From a virus, in IMG/VR virus record IMGVR_UViG_3300042691_030495: a stretch of 64,000 bases of DNA. One strand, written 5' to 3'. Below, piece by piece: positions 52,345 to 62,030 of this stretch. How positions within the stretch are numbered: position 1 is the stretch's first letter; every line of letters starts with the position of its first letter. Under the pieces are notes generated by a model. It was not told the origin of the DNA. It saw nothing but the letters and a program-made list of their open reading frames with translations, and ran no database searches. A program made the translations under genes and the position numbers.

Positions 52345-54171
52345 ATGACATCAGGACTAGAGGGAGTTCAGCTAAACCTAGTCAACAGCGTTGATGAGGC
52401 TCAAAAGTTTCTGTCCTGGTTGGGGCAGAGTCGACCGCATAATGCTATTGCTATTGACACTGAAACCGGAGAGCTTCCTGGCAAGCCCCGCGCTCATGCG
52501 CTCTCTCCTTGGCACGGCCGCCTGCGTCTAGTTCAAGTTGGCGACGCTATGACCGGTTGGTCAATCCCCTGGGATCAGTGGAAGGGCGTCTTCTACGAAG
52601 CGATGGAAAAATTTGATGGCCCTATTGTCTGCCACAATGTCGCCTTCGAAGCCAGATGGTTTGACATTCAATCTGAGTGGTCTATACCTTGGCACCGTGC
52701 ACACGACACAATGATTATGGCTCAGCTGCTCGACCCTCTGGGTTCTGGAGCACTGAAAAAGCTAACTCAGCAGTATATAGATCCTCAGGCTGCACGACTT
52801 CAAAGTGTTTTGGATGAGGGTCTTATGGACAACGGTTGGACTTGGGGATCTGTTCCAGTAATGTTTGAGCCCTACTGGGCCTATGGCGCTTTAGACCCTG
52901 TTCTTACGATGCGGCTTTGGGAGAAGTTCTGGCCTAAATTTGCACCTGGAGCTTCTTACAGCATCCCGTACGAATTAGAAATGAATACTCGTCGAATAGT
53001 TACTCGTATGGAGCTAAATGGGGCACGCGTAGACTTAGCGTATTCGCAGAAAAAATATGATGAACTTCTTGGCTATACAGATCAAGTAAAAGACTGGGCT
53101 AAATCTGCCTACAACGGTCTATCTATTGGAAGTAACCAACAACTAGTTCAGCAGTTTGAAGAGTTAGGCGCTGAGATTACGGAGCGCACGGAGACCGGTC
53201 AAAAGTCTGCTTCGGCGGACCAGCTAAAATTCTTAGTGATCAATGGCACCCCTGAGATTAAGCAACTTGCAGAGACGGCACTTAAGTATAGAAAAGCTGG
53301 AAAACTTGCAAGCACGTATTTCTTAAACTTCTTAAATGACAACGTAGATGGCTTTGTTCACCCATCTGTAAAGACTATGGGTGCTCGTACCGGACGTATG
53401 TCAATTCAAAACCCTGCTCTGCAAACTCTACCTAAGGGTGACGACACAGTGCGCAGAGCGTTCCTACCAAAAGATGATGACCACGTAATTGTAACTTCCG
53501 ACCTTGACCAGGTTGAGTTTAGAATGTTTGCATCCTTGTCTAAAGATCCAAACCTAATTCAGCTTTTTAATCTTGCAGATGCAACTGGATCGGATCCGTT
53601 TACGGAAATTGGTAGAGAGATATACCAAGATCCAGGTATGCAAAAATCAGACAAGCGACGTGCACTAATTAAGGGAGTAGTGTACGGACGTCTTTACGGC
53701 GCTGGTGTTGCTAAGCAGGCTTTGACCGCCGGTGTTCCGGAAGAGCAGATGCGTGCGGTGTCTAATGCTTTTGATAAAAGATTCCCAGGGATGCAAAGAT
53801 TCCAACGCGAGATAGAAGATCAAGGGATGCGCAAGCTTCAGTCAGAAGGCCAGGGGTATGTCAATACTTGGACTGGTAGAAGAATCCCCTGTGACGACGA
53901 TCGTGTCTATACTCTTGTTAACTATCTGATTCAAGGTGGTGCTGCAGAAGTCTTTAAGTCAAATCTTATAAAACTTGACCAAGCCGATCTGACTGAATAT
54001 TTGATTGTGCCTGTTCACGATGAAATTGTTCTGAACGCTCCTAGAGGTGAAGCAGAGGAGATAAAGAAGATTGTTAAGCAGTGCATGACAACGGCAGGCC
54101 AGCTTTGGAAGGTCCCTCTTACCGCTGATGTTGACGGTCCTCTAGAAAACTGGGGCTCAAAATATGCGTAA
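52345..54171 (+). CDS. polA: family A DNA polymerase with 3'-5' exonuclease
   Basis: IDTE, HNVAFE; motifs A DLDQVEFR, B RALIKGVVYGRLYG, C VHDE. Confidence 0.97.
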   Translation: MTSGLEGVQLNLVNSVDEAQKFLSWLGQSRPHNAIAIDTETGELPGKPRAHALSPWHGRLRLVQVGDAMTGWSIPWDQWKGVFYEAMEKFDGPIVCHNVAFEARWFDIQSEWSIPWHRAHDTMIMAQLLDPLGSGALKKLTQQYIDPQAARLQSVLDEGLMDNGWTWGSVPVMFEPYWAYGALDPVLTMRLWEKFWPKFAPGASYSIPYELEMNTRRIVTRMELNGARVDLAYSQKKYDELLGYTDQVKDWAKSAYNGLSIGSNQQLVQQFEELGAEITERTETGQKSASADQLKFLVINGTPEIKQLAETALKYRKAGKLASTYFLNFLNDNVDGFVHPSVKTMGARTGRMSIQNPALQTLPKGDDTVRRAFLPKDDDHVIVTSDLDQVEFRMFASLSKDPNLIQLFNLADATGSDPFTEIGREIYQDPGMQKSDKRRALIKGVVYGRLYGAGVAKQALTAGVPEEQMRAVSNAFDKRFPGMQRFQREIEDQGMRKLQSEGQGYVNTWTGRRIPCDDDRVYTLVNYLIQGGAAEVFKSNLIKLDQADLTEYLIVPVHDEIVLNAPRGEAEEIKKIVKQCMTTAGQLWKVPLTADVDGPLENWGSKYA

Positions 54172-54268
54172 AAAACGTAATATTGGCTACCCTTGCAGGA
54201 GACATCGAGTCAGGTTTACTGGCAGCTATTGCCCCCAGTGCTACCTAGAGAGGCAGGCAAAAAGATGA
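54164..54268 (+). CDS. tiny basic CxxH/CxxC protein (34 aa)
   Basis: Overlaps polA stop and ATGA-couples to next gene. Confidence 0.45.
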   Translation: MRKKRNIGYPCRRHRVRFTGSYCPQCYLERQAKR

Positions 54269-54732
54269 CTAAATACGTGCTATCCGTAGACCCTGGGAAG
54301 GCCACTGGAATGGCCCTATTTAGCCTCCAGACGGGCCAGGAGCCCGTTTTAGAGTGGTCTGGGGAGTTCCAACAGCATGAATATGCAGAGCCTATACGGG
54401 CCGTTTTGAGCAACCCGGAGATGGCTGAAAACCTGTCTATAGTGTGCGAGCGCTTCACCATAAATGCCCAGACCTTGCGTAATTCTCAGTCGCCCTATAG
54501 CCTAGAGCAGATAGGGATTTTAAAGCAGTGCATGTTAGACGCTGGCCGGCAGCCAGAGGATATAGTTTTTCAGGCTCCTGCTGATGCCAAGGCCATGTTC
54601 CCGAACGAGGCTTTAAAGTTTCTAGAGTATTGGCACCGTGGAGGAGAGGGTCACGCATTAGATGCTATTCGACACGCTCTACTAAGACTTGTAAAACTTG
54701 GCTGGAAACCAATAAAGTTGCTAGAAAGATAG
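54265..54732 (+). CDS. RuvC-like Holliday junction resolvase
   Basis: LSVDPGKATG, IVCERF, HALDAIRH; start re-called at 54265. Confidence 0.8.
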   Translation: MTKYVLSVDPGKATGMALFSLQTGQEPVLEWSGEFQQHEYAEPIRAVLSNPEMAENLSIVCERFTINAQTLRNSQSPYSLEQIGILKQCMLDAGRQPEDIVFQAPADAKAMFPNEALKFLEYWHRGGEGHALDAIRHALLRLVKLGWKPIKLLER

Positions 54733-54808
54733 GTATTATCAAAAAACAGTTGCACGAAACATTTTTTTCTGATAATATATAAATACGAAATGACGAGATG
54801 GAGGCCTA

Positions 54809-56626
54809 GTGCCTGTTTATGTTGAACTTGATGAGTCCGCTGATCATATCCAAATTAACGCTGAGTGGCGACTAAAGGAGATATGTAGAGCGCTTCCTGG
54901 TTCTGCTTGGAGTGCTAAAGATCAAGTTTGGCGTATTCCTGTATCGTGGACTGGCTGCTTAGCCTTACGATCTACTTTTAAAGATGAGCTGACTATTGGT
55001 CCTCGGCTAGCCGCCTGGGCTAAGAGTGAGAGAGAATCTCGAATAGACCCAAGTAATCTTCTTAGGGACATAGAAGAGCAGTCTGAGGGAGACGCCGATC
55101 TTTTCCCACATCAGAGAGCTGGTGTAGATTTTCTTGTTAAGTCTCGTAGAGCGCTCCTTGCAGATGAGCCCGGACTAGGTAAAACCGCTCAGGCTATTCG
55201 AGCTCTAAAGAAGATGTTTGATGCCGGAGACGAAGTTTTCCCTGCGCTCATTGTTTGCCCAAACACCCTAAAGAGTAACTGGGAACGAGAGTTCGATAGG
55301 TGGTGGCCCGGAGTAAACGTTTCTGTTGTTAAGGGCAGTGCCACGCAGAGGCGAAAAGCTTTTGAGGAAAAAGCCGATGTCTATGTAATTAACTGGGAGT
55401 CATTGCGAACTCACTCTAAGTTGCTTTCTTATGGGTCTATAGCACTTGCTAGATGTGAAGACTGCGGTGGGCACGACTCACGAGTCACCCTAGCCAGGTG
55501 TGAGGTGCACCCTCGTGAGCTAAACCTTATTGACTTTAGGTCCGTAGTTGCTGATGAGATTCACAGATCTAAGGACCCCAAAAGCAAGCAGACTAGAGCG
55601 CTTTGGGCCGCAACAGGTACCGCAGATATTAGGTATGCACTTACTGGAACCCCCATTGCTAATGACGTAGTTGACTTGTGGCCCATCCTTCATTGGCTAG
55701 ATCCTAGAGAGTGGCCGAGCAAAACCAAGTGGATTGACCGATACGTAAACACCATGATAAACGCCTTCGGCGGAATGATGGTTATCGGCCTAAAGCCAGC
55801 CATGACAGATGAGTTCTATGCTGGCATCAATCCTCGTATGCGTCGCATGTTGAAAGCCAAGGTTCTGCCTTGGCTACCTAAGGTTATGACCGAGCGCCGT
55901 GACGTCGAGATGGGCGCTAAGCAGCTCAAGGCTTATAAGCAGATGCTAGAAAACATGATTGCCATGCTGGGAGCCGACGAAGACTCCGGTCTTACTGGAG
56001 ATGCTTTAGTTGCCCCCAACCCACTGACTCAAACGTTACGTCTGCTTCAGTTTGCTAGCGCCTATGCCCAGATAGAGGTTTCTGAGTCTGGAGAAGAAAA
56101 AGTAATATTGTCAGACCCGTCCTGTAAAGTCGATGCTCTTATGGATGACATGGAAAATGGCGATTTTGGGGACGACTCTGTAGCTGTTTGCGCGGTATCT
56201 AGGCAGCTTATCGAGCTACTAAGTGCCCGACTAACAAAAGAAGGGATATCCCACGGTCTTATTACTGGTGCTCAAGACGCCGATGAGAGACAAAAATCTA
56301 TTGATGACTTCCAGAACGGTAAGACTAAGTGGATCCTTTTCACTGCCCAGGCGGGTGGTGTTGGAGTTACCTTGACAAAGGCACGTCGTCTTGTTATGCT
56401 TCAAAGACCATGGTCTCTTGTCGACTATCGTCAGGCTCTAGATAGAGTTCACCGAATCGGCTCTGAGATCCATGACTCAATTATTATCACCGATTACGTT
56501 ACAGAAGGCAGCATAGAAGAAAGAGTTATCGAAGCTCTAGATGTTAAGTCAGACAACTTCGACGAAATAGTTAAAGATAGAGCAAAACTACTTGAGATGC
56601 TAAAGAACGGAATGCCGAATACATAA
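54809..56626 (+). CDS. SNF2-type SF2 DNA helicase
   Basis: ADEPGLGKT, DEIH, LTGTP, QALDRVHRIG. Confidence 0.95.
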   Translation: MPVYVELDESADHIQINAEWRLKEICRALPGSAWSAKDQVWRIPVSWTGCLALRSTFKDELTIGPRLAAWAKSERESRIDPSNLLRDIEEQSEGDADLFPHQRAGVDFLVKSRRALLADEPGLGKTAQAIRALKKMFDAGDEVFPALIVCPNTLKSNWEREFDRWWPGVNVSVVKGSATQRRKAFEEKADVYVINWESLRTHSKLLSYGSIALARCEDCGGHDSRVTLARCEVHPRELNLIDFRSVVADEIHRSKDPKSKQTRALWAATGTADIRYALTGTPIANDVVDLWPILHWLDPREWPSKTKWIDRYVNTMINAFGGMMVIGLKPAMTDEFYAGINPRMRRMLKAKVLPWLPKVMTERRDVEMGAKQLKAYKQMLENMIAMLGADEDSGLTGDALVAPNPLTQTLRLLQFASAYAQIEVSESGEEKVILSDPSCKVDALMDDMENGDFGDDSVAVCAVSRQLIELLSARLTKEGISHGLITGAQDADERQKSIDDFQNGKTKWILFTAQAGGVGVTLTKARRLVMLQRPWSLVDYRQALDRVHRIGSEIHDSIIITDYVTEGSIEERVIEALDVKSDNFDEIVKDRAKLLEMLKNGMPNT

Positions 56627-57564
56627 TGACAACTACAGAACCAATCAGAATCTCTAACTCAGAGATTCAAACATTCAAAGACTGCCGACGTCGTTGGTGG
56701 CTAACTTACTACCGCCGGTTGCGTCCTAAGATGCAAGACTTTACTGGTGCTCTCGCTTTGGGGTCTCGCATTCACGAAGCCCTGGATCGTTATTACTCGA
56801 CCGGCCAGCCCTTACTGGATGCACACGCTGATTTAGTGAAGGAAGACCTAAAGAAACTCACTGACGAGTACCGTGACACAAGCAGCTTGGAAACTGAAGC
56901 AGAGCTGGGACGCGTGATGCTAGAAGGCTACCTAGAGTGGGTAGAGCTTGAGGGCATTGATGCTGAGCTTGAGATGATCTCTACAGAAGAAATTCTTGAG
57001 CGTCCAATGATGGATGGCAAGGTTATTCTTCAGGGAAAGATTGATATGCGCGTCCGTCGTAAGATCGACGGGGCTCGCATGATTCGTGACTTCAAAACTG
57101 TTGGTGGATCCTTCTCTGACTTTGGTGCTATGGCTCACATGAATGAGCAGGTCAAGACTTACATGCTTCTGGACGAAGTTCAGAGTGCAGAAGATGGCAA
57201 TAGAACTGACGGTGCTATCTTCACAATGCTTCGTAAAGTAAAGCGCGGTGCTTATGCTAAGCCACCGTTCTACGATCAGATTGAAGTACGCCACAACAGA
57301 TTTACATTAAGAGCTTTTCTAGAGCAACTAGAAGGCACACTCGAAGACATGCTACGCGTCCGCGACGCGTTGGATGCTGGAGAGAGCCACTACAAAAATG
57401 CATACCCTACTCCAAGTAAGGACTGCAAGTGGAAGTGCCAATTCTTCGCTACTTGCCCGCTATTCGACGACGGTTCCGCCGCCGAAGCAGCAATTAGTGA
57501 TGCGTTCGTGGTCGCCGACCCGTACGGTTATTATCAATCAAGTGAACAGAAAGGAAGTGAGTAA
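56626..57564 (+). CDS. PD-(D/E)XK RecB/Cas4-like exonuclease
   Basis: GKIDM...IRDFKT; N-terminal Cys plus CKWKC...C cluster. Confidence 0.9.
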   Translation: MTTTEPIRISNSEIQTFKDCRRRWWLTYYRRLRPKMQDFTGALALGSRIHEALDRYYSTGQPLLDAHADLVKEDLKKLTDEYRDTSSLETEAELGRVMLEGYLEWVELEGIDAELEMISTEEILERPMMDGKVILQGKIDMRVRRKIDGARMIRDFKTVGGSFSDFGAMAHMNEQVKTYMLLDEVQSAEDGNRTDGAIFTMLRKVKRGAYAKPPFYDQIEVRHNRFTLRAFLEQLEGTLEDMLRVRDALDAGESHYKNAYPTPSKDCKWKCQFFATCPLFDDGSAAEAAISDAFVVADPYGYYQSSEQKGSE

Positions 57565-58328
57565 TGAGTAATGCAGTTGATCGCAGTTTAACAATTATGG
57601 TTTATGGCGAATCAAAGGTTGGCAAGTCCAGCTTTGCTGTAACAGCTCCATACCCACGCCTAATGCTTGATGTTGAGGGAGGCCATCGCTTCCTACCAAT
57701 CAATGTTAAGTACTGGGACCCTTTGACTGAAGAACCTCCACAGGCAGACGGGACTTGGGACACTGTTGTGGTCCAGGTCCGTGACTACGATGTAGTCATT
57801 AAAGCTTTCCAGTGGCTTCAGTCAGGTAAGCACCAGTTCAAGTCCTTGATCATCGACTCAATCTCTGAGTTGCAGGTCAAGTGCATGGACAATATTGCAG
57901 GGACCGAACAAATGAAGATGCAGCAGTGGGGCGAGCTACTTCGCCACATGGGTGCACTACTTCGTGACCTTCGTGACCTAACAATGCACCCAACTCAGCC
58001 TCTTGAGGCTGTAGTGCTGACTGCTATGGCTCGTAAGGGTCAGGATGGCGTATACCGTCCTTATCTGCAGGGTCAGCTAGCAATTCAGGCCCCGTATTTC
58101 TACGACATCCTGGGAGCTATCACGGTAGAAACTATGCCAAACCCAGATCCACTTCAGCCTCCTTATCAGGTGCGTCGCATGTATGTTGAGCGCACACCTG
58201 AGTATGAAGCCGGAGAACGTGTTCAGGGTCGTCTAGGGAAAATCGTAGAGCAGGGCGATCTCGGCGTAGAACGCATGCTCGACATGGTCTTCGGAGCGAA
58301 GGCTACAACAAGTAAGAAATCAAGTTAA
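57564..58328 (+). CDS. AAA_24/Sak4-like ATPase
   Basis: YGESKVGKS, LIIDSISE. Confidence 0.85.
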   Translation: MSNAVDRSLTIMVYGESKVGKSSFAVTAPYPRLMLDVEGGHRFLPINVKYWDPLTEEPPQADGTWDTVVVQVRDYDVVIKAFQWLQSGKHQFKSLIIDSISELQVKCMDNIAGTEQMKMQQWGELLRHMGALLRDLRDLTMHPTQPLEAVVLTAMARKGQDGVYRPYLQGQLAIQAPYFYDILGAITVETMPNPDPLQPPYQVRRMYVERTPEYEAGERVQGRLGKIVEQGDLGVERMLDMVFGAKATTSKKSS

Positions 58329-58336
58329 GGAAGTAA

Positions 58337-58867
58337 ATGAGTACAATTAACTGGGCAGACCTCGTTCAAAAAGCGGGCGATGCTGGAGGAAGCACAAACT
58401 ACGAACCACTACCAGATGGTGATTACGAGCTGAAGGTGATTCAAGCCGAAGCTACTATGACCAAGACTGGCAAGGTCATGTTTAAGGTAACTAACGAGGT
58501 GCAAGGCGGTCCGTTCGCTAAGCGTCGCGTTTGGGATCAGCTAGTTGTCACAACCGACAACCCTAAGGCTATGAACATGTTCTTCATGAAGGCTAGCGCG
58601 ATGGGACTAGGACGTACCTTCTGGGATGCAAACCCTAGCAATGCTCAGGTTGAGCAGGCACTAAACGGTAGAACCTTCCGTGCAACCCTTGGAAAGCGCA
58701 CCTACAATGGCACAGAAAGTAACGAAATCAAGCGTTACTTCCCAAACCAGGGCGCTGTTGCAACTCCTTCAGCTACAACTGCTGGAGCTGCAGTTCCACC
58801 ACCACCACCAGCACCACCAGCAGCACCAGCACCATCTTCACCAATAACTGCTGAAGAGCCGTTCTAA
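58337..58867 (+). CDS. DUF669-like ssDNA-binding protein
   Basis: YEPLPDGDY..., Pro-rich linker, EEPF C-terminal tip. Confidence 0.85.
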   Translation: MSTINWADLVQKAGDAGGSTNYEPLPDGDYELKVIQAEATMTKTGKVMFKVTNEVQGGPFAKRRVWDQLVVTTDNPKAMNMFFMKASAMGLGRTFWDANPSNAQVEQALNGRTFRATLGKRTYNGTESNEIKRYFPNQGAVATPSATTAGAAVPPPPPAPPAAPAPSSPITAEEPF

Positions 58868-58878
58868 ATAAATAGCTA

Positions 58879-58908
58879 GGCGGGGCATCTTATTGGTGCC
58901 CCGCTTTT
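58879..58908 (+). terminator. intrinsic terminator
   Basis: GCGGGGCATC-ttatt-GGTGCCCCGC plus TTTT. Confidence 0.8.
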
Positions 58909-58925
58909 GCTAGCTAAGGATTGAC

Positions 58926-59927
58926 ATGAAAGTTTTATTTACAGGGATGGCATCATCTCACTGCCATCCACGAGAAAATGTAAGTTTTTTTGGCACTCTT
59001 GCAGAAGCTGTAGGGGAGTTTGCTGAAGTTACTTGGGCCACCCCTAAGATTTCTTGGACTAAGTCCGATCTTGAGAAGTTTGACTTTATATTTTTAGGTT
59101 TTATACCACCCACAGCCATGAGCGCTAATAAAATCTATGGCGCTATGCACGTTTTAGGTTTAATGTTTGACTCACCGAAGCTTCGTCTTGTCGCTGATAG
59201 CCAACAGATTTGGCAATATAAAAACAGCATAAACCACATTAAAAAAGATGTTTCTAGACTCTTTGATCGTTTTTACTCAAAAAGAGCTGAATACAAACGT
59301 GCAAAAGATTCTTTAAAATACACTAAGATAGAGGTTGCAGCCGAAAAACTTGACTCTAGTGTGTGGCCTATAACTTATTATCCTGCCCTACCTTGGACCG
59401 AATCTGCTGTTGCTGCAAGATCTTTAGGGTTCAGCCTAGAAAAAAGACTTGTTGGTCTAAATCTTGACTCTATGTTAATAAACCCGGAACCCATCGATAT
59501 GTCAGAGAAAGCCCCGTTTTGGTCTGTAGTGCCTAGTGACGGAAAATGGCTTAAAAAGGTGGACCCATTTATTTTTCGTCCTCTAATTCAGACAGTAGTT
59601 CACGACGAGACTTCACTAAAGACAATAAAAGACTCTCTAGGGCTACTAGTTCCACCTCAGGATAGGAATCTTGGGACTTGGTGGAACTATCGATATATAC
59701 AGGCTCTTAACTCAAACACACCAATTGTCACAGACTGGACAACTATTAGGGACTTTGATCCTTCCTGGTCCTATCTTGCTTACCAGATTGAAGAAATGTC
59801 ACCACTAGAGAGGCTGTCGGTGGCAAAAAACCAGTTGGAATCATACCGTAGTTCCATAAAAACTAAAAATCAGTCAATTGATAGCCTTAGAGAGGCTATA
59901 CTAGACTTAAGCTTAGAGAGGATATAA
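58926..59927 (+). CDS. putative GT-B-fold glycosyltransferase-like protein
   Basis: MKVLFTG N-terminus; WWNYRYIQALNSNTPIVTD resembles the GT-B nucleotide-sugar helix; weak. Confidence 0.5.
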   Translation: MKVLFTGMASSHCHPRENVSFFGTLAEAVGEFAEVTWATPKISWTKSDLEKFDFIFLGFIPPTAMSANKIYGAMHVLGLMFDSPKLRLVADSQQIWQYKNSINHIKKDVSRLFDRFYSKRAEYKRAKDSLKYTKIEVAAEKLDSSVWPITYYPALPWTESAVAARSLGFSLEKRLVGLNLDSMLINPEPIDMSEKAPFWSVVPSDGKWLKKVDPFIFRPLIQTVVHDETSLKTIKDSLGLLVPPQDRNLGTWWNYRYIQALNSNTPIVTDWTTIRDFDPSWSYLAYQIEEMSPLERLSVAKNQLESYRSSIKTKNQSIDSLREAILDLSLERI

Positions 59928-60365
59928 ATGCCAGAATTAAACCATGAATGGATAAAACAGCAGCTAGAGACTGCCAAAGTTAAGGTCGGGTCAGGTAAAG
60001 CGATACTCAAGCTGCTAAGCACTTGGGAAGAGCTGCCAGCGCTGTCTCCAGCCATCCTTAAAGAAGTTTTAGAGGTGTTCCCAAAACTAGTTTTAGGTGA
60101 GCCGTTGACTCAAGAGCAGTCTGAAGATAATTACTACTGGATTGATCTACAACCGGGAAGTATTACTGTTGGAGACATTGTTAGAGTCAAGCAAGATGCA
60201 TTTTTAGAGAAGCTAGGCACTATCCACAATGGAAGACGCGGAGTAGTAGTTGGCGTTAGATATGGTGACGTAATTTTTAACGACACTGACGGCAAAAACC
60301 CGCCACTTAAGGGCGTTCACTACTCCCCATACAAGCTAGAAAAACGACTTAGAAAAGCTAACTAA
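59928..60365 (+). CDS. hypothetical protein with SH3/KOW-like C-domain
   Basis: VGDIVRVK...HNGRRGVVVGVR. Confidence 0.7.
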   Translation: MPELNHEWIKQQLETAKVKVGSGKAILKLLSTWEELPALSPAILKEVLEVFPKLVLGEPLTQEQSEDNYYWIDLQPGSITVGDIVRVKQDAFLEKLGTIHNGRRGVVVGVRYGDVIFNDTDGKNPPLKGVHYSPYKLEKRLRKAN

Positions 60366-60613
60366 TGAGAACAAGTTTTGAGCTTAAAATTGCAGCTAAA
60401 AACATAACTGAAGCAAAAGAACTTGCAATTAGGGAAGTAGGATCTTTTCTTGAGATACCCGATAATGATGTTTTAGACGAAGTTAGTCTAGAGCTTAAAG
60501 TCTCATATCCAGAGGGAAAAACTTTAACTGAAATTGAAGAAAATATGGATAGCCCTAAACTTGTCGTCACAGTATACGGGTCAGTAAAACAGAGTGTTGT
60601 AAAGCCTTTTTAG
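60365..60613 (+). CDS. hypothetical protein
   Basis: TAATG coupling. Confidence 0.7.
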   Translation: MRTSFELKIAAKNITEAKELAIREVGSFLEIPDNDVLDEVSLELKVSYPEGKTLTEIEENMDSPKLVVTVYGSVKQSVVKPF

Positions 60614-60676
60614 GCTTACTTGACTTTTTTCTTGACATTAGGTATATTCTAAATAGCTTTTTGAAAGGAGCTATTT

Positions 60677-61165
60677 ATGCAAACATTTGTTCCCGTTACT
60701 AACTCGTTTGAAGACATAGCAAAGGTGCTAGACAACAAACGCCTCAATAAGCAAGCCTTAGAGGGTTGGCAAATTCTTATGAATCTACTACAGCTTGATC
60801 CGCAAGGGCAACATAGGGTTTCTAAGGGTTGGTCAAATCACCCGGCTGTAAAAATGTGGAAAGGTCATGAGACCGCACTCTACTTATATATCCAAGCTAT
60901 GGTTGCAGAGTGGAAACAGCGTGGCTACAAATCTACTATTGGCGACAAAGCAAAAGCTACTATGTCCACTGCTCTAAATCTAGGACTACTGCCTGAAACA
61001 GCTTGCAATCCTCGGTGGATATCTTCTAGTGAACTATTTTCTCAAGTAGCCTCTAGTCATAGGTTAGCGTTGCTTAATAAAGATTACGAGTGGTATTCTC
61101 AGTTTAAGTGGCCCGAAGATTGTGGGGTTAGGCCAGAAACCTACGAATATGTCTGGCCAGTTTAA
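60677..61165 (+). CDS. pyrimidine-dimer DNA glycosylase-like (MSMEG_6728/DenV-related)
   Basis: MQTF.P...LDNKRLNKQ..E..Q...WSNHPAVKMWKG; own promoter upstream. Confidence 0.85.
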   Translation: MQTFVPVTNSFEDIAKVLDNKRLNKQALEGWQILMNLLQLDPQGQHRVSKGWSNHPAVKMWKGHETALYLYIQAMVAEWKQRGYKSTIGDKAKATMSTALNLGLLPETACNPRWISSSELFSQVASSHRLALLNKDYEWYSQFKWPEDCGVRPETYEYVWPV

Positions 61166-61213
61166 TTTGTAGTATACGGTATAGTATGTAGCACTCAGAT
61201 CTAGAATTGTAGT

Positions 61214-61561
61214 ATGAAAGATTCTAGAATCGGCGAGTGCCTTTGGTCCATCTGGGAGGGTGAAGGCTACCGTCCTGAACTTCCCTATGCCATCGTCTAC
61301 TACACTGAAGACCACGTTGATCTAGAAGAAGAAGTTGTACGCAAAGCTTTGGCTTCTTCTATTCAAAGAGATGGTATTGTCTACTCTCTTGCTCAGGCAT
61401 ACGGAGCTATAGATGCTGGCTTTGTGTCTCAGGGGTGGGTAGGAACCTCTAGTGGCGCAATGTACGAAGAAGTTTGCGCTGAAGACGGGCTAGACTCCTC
61501 TGGTTCTGCTTTAGACAAAGTAGTATCTGTAACTTTTGTCGAGGTGCCGGAGCTTGTTTAG
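61214..61561 (+). CDS. hypothetical protein, probably leaderless
   Basis: TAGAAT 6 nt before ATG. Confidence 0.7.
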   Translation: MKDSRIGECLWSIWEGEGYRPELPYAIVYYTEDHVDLEEEVVRKALASSIQRDGIVYSLAQAYGAIDAGFVSQGWVGTSSGAMYEEVCAEDGLDSSGSALDKVVSVTFVEVPELV

Positions 61562-62030
61562 TTCAGAAGATTGGCATGAAGACGCGGAGTGCGCTAAGCC
61601 TAAAAATGCAGAATTTATAGATAATTTTTTTGCAAATAAACCAGCACAGCAATATCAGGCAAAAAAACTTTGTGGTATTTGCCCAGTCAGACGAGAGTGC
61701 GCTCAGTGGGCTCTCAATGAGAAACAGCTTTGGGGTATTTGGGGTGGACTAGATTACAAAGACATTAGACGAACTCTTTCAGTCAACTGGGAGGGTCAAG
61801 AAATGCGTCACAAAAGATTCCCGTTATGCCCGGGCTGCAAAGCAAAAACAAAATACTTAGAAAGCTCTACAGTTGATCGGCCAGACGGAGGGCGATGGTC
61901 CACTATGAGAGTAGTAACCTGCACTAAATGTAAATTTACTTGGCAAAGTCGCACAAGTGCTAATGCAGTAGACGCTTATTTTGCTTTAGAGGCTAAGAAG
62001 CAACAGCAGCACGATAGTAAATCAGATTAG
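61554..62030 (+). CDS. whiB: WhiB-family transcription factor with C-terminal zinc ribbon
   Basis: W...AEC...AKKLCGICPVRRECAQWAL...GIWGG; extra CPGC...CTKC; start probably TTG 61554. Confidence 0.92.
   Translation: MFSSEDWHEDAECAKPKNAEFIDNFFANKPAQQYQAKKLCGICPVRRECAQWALNEKQLWGIWGGLDYKDIRRTLSVNWEGQEMRHKRFPLCPGCKAKTKYLESSTVDRPDGGRWSTMRVVTCTKCKFTWQSRTSANAVDAYFALEAKKQQQHDSKSD

Noticed and set aside
56626-57564. Cas4 as evidence of a CRISPR system
   Set aside because: It sits in the usual phage exonuclease-AAA-SSB recombination trio, with no array or other cas genes
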